A stretch of 64,000 nt of DNA, taken from assembly GCF_036321535.1 (NCBI RefSeq), contig NC_087437.1, positions 64,730,001-64,794,000 on the forward strand, given 5' to 3'. This document shows positions 12,601 through 25,636 of the stretch, piece by piece (positions within the stretch are counted from its first letter, which is position 1; every line of letters starts with the position of its first letter). The position numbers were made by a program, and so were the translations under genes. The notes under the pieces are model-generated. The model had not been told where the DNA came from and ran no database searches. It saw only the letters and a program-made list of their open reading frames with translations. This stretch comes from Camelus dromedarius (taxonomy: Eukaryota).

Positions 12601-15039
12601 TGAATTAGGGGTGTGTGTTTTGTGTGTATGCATCTGTGCATGTGTAATACTAGCCCTTATTTCTAAAAATACTTATTGAAATAACATTTTTTTCCTGTAC
12701 CTAAACATACTCAGAATTCTCATCCAATTTTTTTTTTTCATATGACATAAGGTAATGAATCAGCCGTAATGATCCAAAGGCTTTTGCTGGTAGGGCCATT
12801 CATTTGGTCCTTAATTACACATACTGTGGCTTTTCATGGATTTGGCCATGTATGGCTCTTTATTTCCTTGTGTATATCTCTTATCTCCAAACTATTTTGT
12901 AAATTTTTAAATTTGAGGGCAGGGACCATCTCTATGTCCCTTCTCCACCAGCAGCAACTCACCCAGTACTATGTACAAAATCAGTGCTTTCTGAATGAAG
13001 AGACGAGGCTTGTTTTCCTTCATTACAACTTGCCTCCTCAAATAGAAAAGAGGATAGAAAAGGATTATAGCAAAGACCTTCAAGTAGTACAGAGAATCTT
13101 GGAAGAGAGGGTTTATTCTACATGTACTCTGTCACAAGTGCCATTAACACCCTTTAGTGCATGACACCACCATTCCCATCCAGTCTCTGTTATCTGGAGA
13201 ATGGACAAAACCCCTTCTTCAGCCTTCAAAAATGTTCAGCTCTTCTCAACCCTAGGTCCTTTGTTTGATCCTCTCTTTCTGACCTCATCCAACATCCCTC
13301 TTCCCTTTTGACGTCAAATTCCTTGAACCTGCAGTCATCATTTTTCTTTGATGCTTTTTCTTCTCTGTGTGATGACCTTCCCCTCCTCTCCTTCCCTCCC
13401 TAGCAGGTCTTCCTTCAGCTGGCTCCACTACAAAGCTCTCTGGTAAGAACAGTGAAAGCTGAGAAACCTCAGAATACCTGCATTTTAACAGGTGAATTTG
13501 AAAACTAGAAATACATTAGAACATCAAAGGAACAAAACTACAAGGTAAATGGCAGGTAAGTGGAGGTCTTCCCTGAGACCCCTTCAAATCATACTAGGTA
13601 TGTGATTACCAACACCTACCTGTGTGCCCGGCCCTGCCTGGGGAACTAAATAATTCTGTAATCTTGGAGGTGTTGATTAATTTTCCTCACCTAAAAATGG
13701 TAGTAATTGTTGCCTTTTAGGATTGTTTCTGAGAGAATAAATGATACAATTGATGTGAAAGTGATTCCTAAACTATAAAGTGTTTCCTGACTGACTATCC
13801 CTCAATCTTCCAACATTTAATTTGGGAATTGTCCCCTGAGGCTGTCTCCTGTGAGAGAAGGAAGATAAGTAATTCTGAGAGTTTAACACACAGCAATTAT
13901 TCATCTGAAAGGAAGGAGGTTTGACAAGGAATCTCTAATGTTTTTCCTAGTCCAAAACCTAGGATTATGAAAAAGGACTTAATTGGAGATTGTTTTATAT
14001 TATGTTCCAGATAGCTTGACTTCCCGAAATGGATCATAAACTCCTTGAAGGCAGGGGCCATGTCTTACAGGCCTTACAGGTCTTCCACGACATTTGACAC
14101 AATGTTGGACACCTAAGAGATATTCAAGAAATGATTCATTGATATTCATTTCTCATATTGATTTGAAACGGAGGCTGGCAGCTTGCACAGAGAAGACAAA
14201 TTTGCCACCCAGCCTCCCCCTAGTGTATTTTGCTCACCCAAATACTTTGTCATGTTGCTGCCACTGTGTGGTGGGAAAGGCAGGTGATCAAAAGTCTGGA
14301 GATAGGCTAACGTCTTAACTAGGTGGTTATTAACCCCTTTGAGTCTCAGTTTCATCATCTGAAAAATGGGCAGAATGTCTTCCGTCCCTGCCCCAGGGGT
14401 TATGAAATAAGTCAAATGGAGGACCTGGCTTTTAAAATTGCAAAGCAATTTTGGGGTGAGGTAGCTACTCTTAATGGCTGTCTCTTATTCTACCTCTCTG
14501 GCAGGGTTGCAGCCTGAAATAAGCAGCAAGAAACACACTTTCAACTTAATTTATAAACCTAAGACGTGGCTCACAGACAGGTATTATTAACAACCCAAGG
14601 CTTTCTCATAACTTGTTACTTGAAAAAAATTATTCTTGCGTACCAAGATAGGCTTTTAAAAAAATTATTAAAATTTTCTGCACCTTCTACCTTTTATATT
14701 TCAAATCTCTGTTGTTCCCCAGTCCCCTTATAGCACTGGCTCCTGGAGAGTCTCAGAGGGATTTTCCAAGGTCAGGATGATTTCAGGCAAAAATTTGAAG
14801 TAAACAATTGTGATGCCTCGCCGATGCACATTGCTTTCTCATTTCCAAGTCATTTGTATGCACATGCTCTCATTAGTCCTTACAGTTCTGAGGTCACAGG
14901 GCAAGAGGTGTTATCTCTATTTCTCAGATGAAACTGAGAATTTTTTGCCTCCCTCTGAGTTTAGAAAGCCCATCTCCCATAGGCCTCTCAGGATATCGTG
15001 TATCTCTGGTCCTATAGGCAAGTGAGGTCATGGACAGTA

Positions 15040-15170
15040 GCCTGGGCATCACCAGAGCTGGTAAGAAATGCAGACTCTCAGGCCCCACCCTAGAGCCACT
15101 GAGTCAGAGTCTGTATTTTAGTAAGACCTCCAGGTGATTCATGTGCACATGCAAGCCTGAGAACACCGAC
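15040..15170. mobile_element. MER5A-like hAT MITE (similar copies at about 1330-1470, 22110-22290 and 63736-63910)
   Basis: aaatgcagactctcaggccccaccc...tcagagtctgtatttt...ccaggtgattc. Confidence 0.75.
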
Positions 15171-16100
15171 CCAATACAGGGATTTGAATAAAGGTGTTAA
15201 TGCCAATACTATCAGAATGAGTGGTAGAATTCCAGATATCTGCTCTCTTCGAGAGCTTCCCAGTGCCCTCACGCAGAGAATTCCATCTCTTCCTCTTACA
15301 TAAGAAGCTGATCTTGTTTGTCAAGTAGTGTCATAGAATGAAGGTTCAGCGAGAAAAAACAAGAAGGAATGGTACAAGAAAACAGGGCAACAATTTACAA
15401 GCCTAAAATAGCAATTTGTATATATTTTCTTTTCATAAAATATGCAATATGATACATTTTATTATACTGGTGATAGCTAATCAGACAACACTTTGAAAAA
15501 TGCATCAACTTGCTAAACACATTGAGTTCTATCTTCACTGTAATTTTAGAATCACCATAGACTACACCACTTTTCTACTAGTTTGATCATCTTCCAAATT
15601 CTAAAAGAGTAAAACATTGCCCATTTAGTCAAATCTGTAGGAAGTTTGGAAGTGGATGGCCTTTGTGAAATTGTTCTTCATTCAACCCATTAAAAACATT
15701 TCCCTGCAGTGCATTTGAGGTCTAGTTTGTCACTTGTTGACAACCTCAGACTTTAATTACATGTTGGCTCCACTTGGGAGATTAGAAAAGCATCATCAGA
15801 AACTGAATTAGTAATCCTAGAATCAGACATTGTAAAAAATTTGGAGATGATCTAATAAAAATTCTTCTTTTACAAATTGGGAAACAGGGTCAGAGAAGGG
15901 ACGTGACTTGCTCAAGATCACTCTCATAGTTGGCATTATCAGAGGTTCCAGCTGAAAAAAATTTCGGTTGTGAGGAAAACTGAACAAAACCACACATTTC
16001 GCCACGTTCTGGCTTTCGTGCTCACCCACACTCTTAACATGAGGCCAAACCAGGAACCAAGCCTTTGGATTAAACATTTTAATGGGCTGCATCAACTCAC

Positions 16101-16166
16101 CGAGTTAGCAATCTCCTGGATTTCTGGAGTGGCAGGCTTGGCTTCAGTTAAGCCTCCAGGCATCAT
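16101..16166 (-). CDS. CSTA: Cystatin A (stefin A), coding exon 1
   Basis: ATGATGCCTGGAGGC... translates MMPGGLTEAKPATPEIQEIANS, followed by donor GTGAGT. Contains the conserved N-terminal Gly. Confidence 0.97.
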
Positions 16167-16199
16167 TTTGGCTAATTGCTTCTTCGCTGGGCAGGATGC

Positions 16200-16520
16200 A
16201 AGTGGTCAGGTAAGGGCAGAGACTCCGGCTTTTAAAGCGGGCGTTGCTCACAAGCTCCGCCTACAGAATGTTTTATTTTCCACAAGGAGCAAAAGGCACA
16301 GGGAAAACGAGTATGCCTTGATATAAGTCCTTCTTCCTCAACAGACTGCGCTGACAGCAACTGGGAAGGATGTGGAGCTGGGGAGGAACGAATAGAGTGT
16401 CTAGGAGTCCTGCTGTAACAAGACTTCCCTGCGTTCTCTTCGACAGTGGTTCCATCCTGTTGCCTCTGAAGTGGGAAATCAAAAACCACAACCAGAGAGT
16501 TTCCCAAAGTTTAAAACCTC
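16200..16520 (-). promoter_or_regulatory. CSTA proximal promoter with TATA-like TTTAAAA (about 16236-16230)
   Basis: CTTTAAAAGCC lies about 65 nt upstream of the ATG on minus. A RUNX-like AACCACA is near 16484. Confidence 0.5.
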
Positions 16521-17583
16521 TAACAAAAATTTCATTTTTTGAAAGGAATATCTATTAATAATGTCAAGGCTGATTGTTTAAAATTGACTCTTTAAAGAAA
16601 GTAAAAGTCTCTCTCTGGAGAATCTTGGCTGGATATTTGTATTTTACTTTTATCTACATTTCTGGAACTATTTAAAATACAGAAAAATACAAAGAATAAA
16701 ACAACAAACACTTATTTATATTCCTATCACTCAGAACTAAACTTTTAACATTTTATCATATTTCCTTCCCATTTTTTTGGTAGTTATTTTCAAGAAATAA
16801 ACCTTTACAGTTTCCCCCCTCCCCCTCTCCCAATCTTGTTCCCCACACAGGTAAACTCGGTGTTCACGGCTGGGGTAGATGTATCACTTACTGTACATCC
16901 CAGTATCTCCACTTCGAGCTATTTACCTAAGAAGGATAAAAACATATGTCTACACAATGACTTGTGTACAAATGTTCATAGCTGCGTTATTCATAATAGC
17001 CCAAAACTGAAAATGACCCCAACATTCATCAAATGGTGAATAGTTTTAAAAATTGTAGAGATTATGTCAGCCTCATGGTGGCACGAAATGCTCCCTTTGT
17101 CTCCCTGCTTCAATCTCCAATCAGTAAAACATCCATAACTCAACAAATGTTCCTCTTTCAAACACCACAGGATGCCAGAGAGTTCCACACATCTGTACAC
17201 CTAAAAGCGGTGGACAGAAATACATAGAGGAGGCAGAACTGGGGAAACAGCAGAGGCAGGGCATGCAAACCCAGACCCCCGGCTGTGGCTACTGAACTTG
17301 CAGCCCCAGAAAGCTTGGTAGCAGCAGGGGAGGTGACACACATGACTCTGGCCTCCCAACCCCAGCGGTGCCCACAGCCGCAGGGAGCTAGGCCACAGTG
17401 GCAGTGGGGCCTGTAATCCCATCCCTCCAGCTGTGGAGATGCCTGCAACTCCAGATCCCTGTCTGCAGCACTGGTGCTGTGAACCTAACAACCTCAAAGG
17501 TGCCTGTGACCCTGGGTCCCCCTACACCCTTCTCCCCTACTTCAATTTGGTAACAAAATCACAACATAAAGGCATAATTTGAG

Positions 17584-17605
17584 ACAACAACAACAACAAC
17601 AACAA
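17584..17605 (+). repeat. (CAA)n microsatellite
   Basis: acaacaacaacaacaacaacaa read directly from the sequence. Confidence 0.9.
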
Positions 17606-18124
17606 AAAGATAATAAAAGAGGAAAAGGAAAAGGACAGAGCCTGTGTAGGCAAACGAAGATGCTATCAGCAGAAAAAGGACCGTTTTATTACAAGATGTT
17701 TTCAACGAACCTCATGGTAACCACAAAACATAAATGTAGAGCAGAGACACAAAACATAAAAAAGAAGCTGAAAAAAATCATAGAAAACCACCAAACTAAA
17801 ATGGCAGGCAGAAACACAAGGAAAAAGAACCAATGGAGATATAGAACAACCAGAAAACAAAAGATAAAGCAGCAGTACTAAGTCCTTATTTGTTAGTAAT
17901 CACCCTAAATATAAATGGACTGAAGTCAACAATCAAAAGAGATAAAGTGGCTGTGTGGATTTAAAAACAAGACTGAACTCTATGCTGTCTCCAGGAGAAT
18001 CATATCAGCTCTGAAGACAATCATAGGCTCAAAGTGAAGGGATGGAAGTTAATGTTCCAAGCAAATTGAACCCCCAAGAAAGCAGTTGTAGCCATATCTT
18101 TCAGAAAAAATAGACTTCAAGCAA

Positions 18125-18125
<1 letters not shown>

Positions 18126-18160
<35 letters not shown>
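18126..18160 (+). repeat. (CAA)n microsatellite
   Basis: About 11 CAA units read directly from the sequence. Confidence 0.9.
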
Positions 18161-19230
18161 AAACAGGAAACAAAGATGGACTTTATATAATGATAAGGGA
18201 CAACTCTTCAAGAAGACATAGCAGTTGTTGATATATATGTACCTAACATAGGAATACCAAATATATAAAGCAGTATTAACAGATCTACAGGGAGAAATTA
18301 ACAGCAATACAATAAAAGTAGGAAGAAATTAAAAAATACCTGAAAACAATTAAAATGTGACATACCAAAACCTATGGGATGCAGCAAAAGCAATACTAAG
18401 AGGGAAGTTTATAGCAAGACAGGCTTATCTCAATAAACAAGAAAAATCTCAATAAAAAATCTAACTTTACATCTAAAGTAACTAGAAAAAGAACAAACGA
18501 AGCCCAGAGTCAGTAGAAGGAAGAAAATAAGAAAGATCAGAGTGGAAATAGATGAAATAGAGACTAAAGAGACAACAGAGAAGATCAATGAAACTAAGAG
18601 CTGATTCCTTGAAAAAATAAGCAAAATTGACAAACCTTTAGCCAGACTTACTAAAAAAAAAGAGGGAGAGAAAAGGCTCAGATAAAAATAAAATCAGAAA
18701 TAAAAGAGGAGAAATTACAATGGATACCACAGAAATACAAAGGATTATTTAAAAAATAGTATGAACAGCTATATGCCAGCCAATTGGACAACCAGCAAGA
18801 AATAGATAAATTCTTAGAATCATAAAATCCTCTAAGATTAAGTCATGAAGGAAAATAGCAAATCTGAATAGACTGTAGAGCCACCCTCTGAGGAGGGGCT
18901 GAAAGAGGCTGGGACTGAGGGAGCCCACGTCAGTCCTGCTGCTAAAATCTAAGCAGGGCCAGGCCTGCAGGAAGGGCCGTGACCTTGAGGGGAAGAGGAG
19001 GGAGGAAGGTGCGGAGGCCTCAGTGGAGGGGTAGGGGACTTCACGGGCTGGTAGCCTCTTCTGGTGGGTGTCTGCATGTCTGAAATGCACATGGGCTCCT
19101 GAGGCGGTTGATGGGTGGCTGCCTGTCAGACCCCAAATCATCCAGGGCCCTTGACATGGGTGTAACTAGAATCTCTGCCTCAGCCATTCCCTACTCCAAC
19201 TCTTCATACACATGGCTTATGGCCTCTTTT

Positions 19231-19338
19231 TTCTTTTTCTTTATTTTTTTTTTTTTTACTGGATATACTGGGAATTAAACCCAGGACCTCACACATGCTA
19301 AGCATGCACTCCATCACTGAGCTATATCCACCCACTCA
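19231..19338 (-). mobile_element. tRNA-derived SINE
   Basis: Reverse A/B boxes and a polyT tail. TSD-like atggcctctttt / atggcttctttt. Confidence 0.8.
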
Positions 19339-20798
19339 ATGGCTTCTTTTTAAATTCCTTTTTTTTTCAGTCAGTTTTTTCCTTTCCTGAAGTTTAGTGT
19401 AGTGGTTTTCAAATTGCCTTCATGGGATAGTAAACATTTCTCAGAGCTCCCCTAGGGCCTGGAGGTGAAGGGTAAGAGGAAGCTGGGAAGGGGAAATGGC
19501 AGTTAGCCTGCTTCAGCCAGAGGGCGCGGCCACACACAGTGTCCAGCCCCCACCAGGGAGGAAGCGGAGACTCTGGCCTGGGTGTTGGCTGGCTTCTTGA
19601 CTTGAGAAATGCAGTTTTCTTTCTGTATTCAGATGGAGGGGAGACGGTCCAGCCCGCTGGATGGCAAGAGGGCCAGCCTGTGCTCTGCAATGAGACCCTC
19701 CCTGGGACTTTAGATTTGCAGAAAGGCCATCAAACTCACCAAGTGCTCGGCATGAGTGGTTTTTTTTTTAAGGGGGAGCACACTGTCTGAGTTTCATGCT
19801 TGTATTGCTGCAGAGGGAAAAAGAGTGAGCAGAAGGAATCAAGAGCCCTTAGGGCTCAGCCAGACTCTTGGGGAGTCATAGGGTTTCCTGGTCTCCAGAG
19901 TGGAGGTTGTGGTAACCCTTCCTAGATCTCTTTGGCTGGGGAGTTCCCACTTCCCATTTGGGCTGCACAGATTTTGATGTTCTAGATGGGACTTCTCCCC
20001 CTCATTTTAAAAGTGGAAGCATAATGTATGTGTGGCAAAATGCACACATTTTAAGTGCACAGCTCAGGAGTGTGTGCCTACATGTTTACCCTTGTAAACG
20101 TCCATGTAGTAAGTTATATTTCCATCATCCCCATCCGATTCCCCTCCTGCCCCTTCCCAGTCACTATAGTCTGCTCAACCCTCAGTTTTGCCTGTTTTTA
20201 AACTTCATTTAAGTGGAATTACACTGTAGGTGTTCTTTTGTGTTTGGCTCCTTTTGCTCAGGATGTTTTTGAGATTCATCCATGTTGTTACTTTTATCAA
20301 TAGTTTTTGGTTTGTTTGGTTTTTGTTTGTTGTTTTTTTACTGCGGTGCAGTATTCCATTGTGAGAGTATACCACAATTGTTTATCCAGTCTTCTGCTGA
20401 TGGGCATTTGGGTTGCTTCTAGTTTTTGCCTATTGTGAATAAACCAGCTATGAACAAGTCATTTCTCTTTGGTATATTCCTAGGAGGGGAAATCCTGGGA
20501 TAGAGGGAAGGTGTATTTTTAACTTTATTAAAAACTGCCAAATAATTGTCAGTGTGGTTGTACCATTTTAAACTCTGTTGACAATTCATGAGAGTTCCAG
20601 GTGCTCCATCCACTCACACTTGGTTTTGTCAGTCTTTAAAATTTTAGCCATTCTCATGGTTATATAGTGTATCTCACTGTGGTTTTAGTTTGCATATCCT
20701 GATAAGTAATAATTTTTAACACCTTTTCATCTGCTTATGGATCATTTGAATATTTTCTTCTATGAAGTGCCTATTTAAGTCTTGCCGCCTGTCCTCTG

Positions 20799-20825
20799 CT
20801 TTTTTTTTTTTTTTTTTTTTTTTTT
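20799..20825 (+). repeat. Poly(T) tract
   Basis: An uninterrupted run of T. Confidence 0.9.
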
Positions 20826-21075
20826 CTGTATCGGTAAGTTCTTTATATATTCTGGATATGAGTTCTTTGTCAGATATCTCTGTTTAATTTTCTTTCAATC
20901 TATAGCTTATCTTTTTACTTTTGCAATGGGTATTTTTTGATGAGCAGAAGTTTTCCATTTTGGTGAAGTCCATTCTTTCTTTCATAAGATATTGCCTATA
21001 ACATGTTTTAAAAATATTTATCTACCCTTAGTTTCAGGAATATATCTTCCTATATTTTCTTTTAGATGCCTTATG

Positions 21076-21196
21076 TTTTTTTTGGGGGGGGGTTAGGTTT
21101 ATTTATTTATTTATTTAATGGAGGTACTGGGGGTTGAACCCAGGACCTCATGCATGCTATGCGTTTACTCTACCACTCAGCTATACCCTCCCCTCT
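21076..21196 (-). mobile_element. tRNA-derived SINE (long-tail form)
   Basis: gaggtactgggggttgaacccagg...ctcagctataccctccc. TSD tagatgccttatg / taggtgccttatg. Confidence 0.88.
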
Positions 21197-24100
21197 AGGT
21201 GCCTTATGGTTTTAGCTTTTACATTTAAATGTATGATCCATCTGTGAGGGAGGGAGGGCAAGTTTCTTTTATTTTTCTTATGGACATTTGGTTGCTCCAT
21301 ACTACTTACTGGAAAAAACCAAGCAACCAACCTTCTTTCACCATTGAAATTAATCAATGTTCCTGTTGAAAATAAATTTACTATATAAGTGGAGGTCTAT
21401 ATACTTGCTTTTAAGGGTCTCTTTCCCCTCAGGTCCTGATGAGCCAAGAGAAAGGGGAAAAGGAAGCAAATTTCAGGTATCTTTCCAAGGAAGTCTAAAT
21501 CCAAAGAGTAAGGCATATGGAAGGAAATGGTACTTGTTTGTTAACTTTGTCCTTCCCTTGTCCCTAAGAACAATATTCCTATTATGTATATAGTTATTCT
21601 GTTGGTAAAGGCATTAGATGCCAGGCTTGTAACCAGGTTATGTGAATTTAGGGAGTAGCCCTAAATTGTGAGGCTGTCAACAGAACAATGTAGAAAATCT
21701 TATATGGCCTCAGGGGTCATTCACACCTTTGCTCAGTAGCCTGGTCCCTGTGGTGCATTGTTATTGCTCTTTGAGGGAACAGGGAAGGGAGTTGTGGGGT
21801 TTATTCACCCTGAATATTCATCAAGTGATCTGGCAATCCTGGAGTCGGCTCAGTCAATTTTTATGACTAGTGCCAGGGTGGAGTAATATTATGCAACCGA
21901 TGTTACTGCACCTCTCTCTAGGGAGAAAATTCTGTCCCTGCCAGAAGCACACTGGGATTGTCTCCCAGCATGGCTTCAGTCAGCTTCTACCCCGGGAAAA
22001 ATGGACTCATTCATGAACATAGGCTGTGCTCTCAAAGGTTTCTTGATAAATGTTAATTTATGAGTTTGGCTTGGCATGGGCTCATTGTGTTGCCGGTTTA
22101 GCTGAGCAGTACTTCCCAACATATGATCTGGGAACCACCTACACTGGAACCCCCTGGGATGCTTATTCAATGCTTGTTCAATGACTGCACCCCATCCCAC
22201 ATTTATTAAATTACAATCTCTAGGGTGGGCCTTAGAATCTGTACTTAAAAAAATGCTCCCAAGCGATTCTTGTGTGCATTAAATTTAGAGACCTAGCAAA
22301 TAAGAATGTTGGTTTCCTAAGCTTACAGATGCAGTAGGGAGGTGAAAGCGTGGAAAAATGGAAGCGCAGTCCATTACTACAGGGAAGCCATTTTTACAAA
22401 GAGAAAACAAATGAAAGTAGCCCAAGGAAAGAGTTAAAACAGATGTTGGTAACATGTGTTGTTCATATTGAGTTAGATGCAAGTCGATTCAGGGCTCACA
22501 CTGTAGAACATTCATCTAGGGGCATGTAATGTGCCAGTCCTTAGAAGTGTTTGTCCTGGTCCAGTGGCCACAGCCCCAGTTCCAGCCGAGGAGCTGAGGA
22601 TTCTGTGCCTGAACAGGTGGAGCTCTTCAGTCAGCAGGGGACAGAAGGTGGTCATAGCACCACCACACTGTTAACTAAAAGCCAAACTGATCAACATTTC
22701 TCTCCCATCTGTGTCATTTCCCCTATGCTGCTCCAGCCACCCTGGGAAAGAAGGTAAGGCAGTTGAACATAAATCTCTTATTTTACATCCACCAATATTT
22801 AGGAATACTGTATGCTTATAGAGGGCCTTCTAAAGACTGAAACAGAGCATTAGCAACCCAAGCCTTACATGAAACTGAAATAAATCAGGACTTGGCATAG
22901 TATTACTGCGATGCTGGAAACCTCCATCTTAAAGACTCATTGCCCAGAAACCCAGGGGCAATATTGCTAGGAGTTACTCAAATACACTGGCAGTTATGAT
23001 TTCACAAGGTCTCTCAAATTCACCCTTCCTTGCCAGTTTCACAGGCATCACTCCATCAAAGCTGTCACCTCCCTGCTGGAATATTGCTGACACCTCCTGG
23101 CTGGGTCTTGCCCTTCTAGTTCCTCCTGAAAATCAAACTCTTTCTCATAGATCTTAAAAAAAAAAAGTTGCTCCATAACTCGGGAATTTTCTGTTATCTA
23201 TCAAATCCATTGTAAATTCTTACAGAACCACATGATTCAAGCACTCATGATTCTTCTTGAGTCAGCCTCCTTGTTCAGAAGACTCCTTCAGGTGGATCTC
23301 AGTGGCTCCCACACCTCTTCCTCATTCTCATTATTGCCTCCATGCTCCTGCTCAGGCAATCCCTTGCCAGGGATGCTATTCCTCCTCTTCTCCAACAATT
23401 AACACTCAGTTCTGCTCTCAAAAACAACACCACCCAGAGCCTTCTGGTCCCCTTAGCATTTGGTTGGCACTGTATATTCCTGTTGTCTCAGTTAGTAGAC
23501 TTCTATTTGGTTTATCTTCTCCACAGTCTGATTTTAATCTCTTCCATGGCAGAGATGGTTGTCTTGGCTCCATTGTATTTCCTAGGTTATCAACACATCA
23601 TCTGCCCAGCAAATGTGGGGGCAAATAGGTCTCACCACTTTCTTTTTGGGACATAGCGTCCACTATCCAATGGAGACTTCTGGAGTCCTCGCAGGTCGTT
23701 GGCTGAACCTGTCTTGGTTAAGTTCTCCATTTTTTCAGTTGAGGAAACTGAGGATCAGACTGGGTTCATAGTGCTGATTAATCATAGGGCTGAGACTAGA
23801 CTTAACTAGCTGTTTAAATGGTCTTTTCTTGAAAACCCCCAAGGAAGGAAAATCCAGTCAATCACTTTGCTGGTGGGCTTTACCACCTTCTGATGTCTGT
23901 CTGCCTATTTGTGTTTCTTGACCGATAAAACAAAGTTTCACGTATACCAGAATGACACGGGTCACCTTCTTCTTTTCTTGTTTTCCTTTCTTTCTTCTCT
24001 CCATACAGATAAGCTGGGCTTATGTTTTCCAGGTAAGCTGGAAAATATTTTCTGTATTTTCATACAGAAAATGGTTGGGCTCTGGAGAGACCGACAACTT

Positions 24101-25248
24101 AATGGCAAGAAAAGCAGGACACACCTGCCAAGTGTGGGTAGCCAGTGCCTTAGCAATCTCTGTCTTGGGCAGCAACTGAGGACAAGCCAGGAAGCAGGTC
24201 ATAATTGAGAAACCTGTGGAACAACTGAAGCAGGTTTCGAAATTGCAGACAGAACCTTTGTTTGGCCCGGGTTATCATTCCTTACGTATCTGGGTTTAAG
24301 GTAATTCAGACAACCCTAATTACAGCTTTTAACTTTCCATCTTGAATTGATCATCTATTTCCAACCTGCAATATTGTACAAAGGATTTGAATCAGCCTGC
24401 TTTGGTGCTTAAAACGCAGCAACACGATAAACATGTACCATACGTAATAGAGGAAATTGGGAATGGAGGAGGGAAGGAAAATGACTATGAAGAAAAAAAA
24501 TGAAGCCAAAGTGAGTTTTTTTCCACTAAATGCTAGTGTTTCTATGGCAAGGTTAGTGGCCAGAGACATGCTACAGATTTGGTTCTTAAGGTCCTTTGGA
24601 GCCAAAGCAAAGAAGGAAGCAAGATCATTTACACGATTCATGGAGAAGAGAAAACAAGAACAAGCTAGTTTCTTTTGATAAGCACAGCTGTTTCCAGATA
24701 GCAAGGCCTGAACTTTTCTCCCATGGTCCTAGAAAGAGGAGATATGGAAACCAGTGGGAGCTGCCTTCAACACATCCCCATGGGAAATGCAAGTTCCACA
24801 AGGCTTACACATTCTGTTTCTTATATATGGATGGAAGGGCAATGCAGAAAAAGCAATTGAGTAGCAAAATGACCAGTGTGAAAATCCCTTGAGCTAGCTT
24901 AATTCAAAGGTAAAATCTAACCGATCTAGAAAAATGGATCCACTGGGTCTCCCCTGGATGACAGCAGTAGCTCTCCCTGGTCTCCCCCTCAACCATGCTC
25001 CTCTTCCATCCATTCTTCATACAACAGCCAACTATTAAGAAGCAAATCTGACCATATTGTTTCCTTAATTAAAACCCTCCGGCAGCATTCTTTTGTCCTT
25101 AGGATACAGTTCTCACAAGCTCTTTCTGATTTGGTTCCTGCTAAATTCTCCTTGAATGCCTTTTGCTCTGCCTCTTTGCTTATTCTTGGAAACAAACCTT
25201 TTCCTGTGCTTCCAACTGGCTGTCTGAATCTTCTTTCTCCCTCCGGCC

Positions 25249-25636
25249 TGTTATGGGCTGAAGTGCGTCTCCCCTAAATTCATGTGGTGAAGTCCTAACC
25301 CCCAGTACCTCAGAATGTGACTCTGTTTGGAAACCAGGGTCTTTAAAGAGGTAATTCAGTTAAAATGAGGTCATTAGGGTGGGCCATAATCCGAAATGAC
25401 TGGTGTCCTTATAAGAAGAGGAAATTAGGGCAAAAAGAGGCAGAGGGAAGACCAGGTGAGGACAAAGGGAGAAGATGACCATCTACAAGCCACGAGAGAG
25501 GCCTCAGAAGGAACCAGCTCTGTTGACACACTGATTTTAGGCCTCTAGCCTCTGAAACTGAGAGGAAACCGATGTCCATTGCTTAAGCCCTCTGGTCTGC
25601 AGTACTTCGTTACGGCAGCTTTAGCAAACTAATACA
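25249..25636 (+). mobile_element. MaLR LTR (MLT1 family)
   Basis: TGTTATGGGCTGAA...AAACTAATACA termini, with internal tgaagtcctaacccccagtacctcagaatgtgac. Confidence 0.88.

Larger units (their letters stand above)
17061..18875 (+). mobile_element. L1 remnant: 5'UTR-like segment, then ORF1-end/ORF2-start, with internal deletions
   Basis: Endonuclease-like text (atcaccctaaatataaatggactga, ctcaaagtgaagggatggaa), then a jump at about 18320 to ccaaaacctatgggatgcagcaaaagca. Confidence 0.8.
20010..21385 (-). mobile_element. Old L1M 3' fragment, interrupted by a SINE
   Basis: gagattcatccatgttg, gatgggcatttgggttgcttc and ttttgatgagcagaagtttt motifs. Confidence 0.8.

Noticed and set aside
17579..17881. 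PolyQ-containing 100-aa ORF
   Set aside because: A (CAA)n microsatellite within an L1 remnant.
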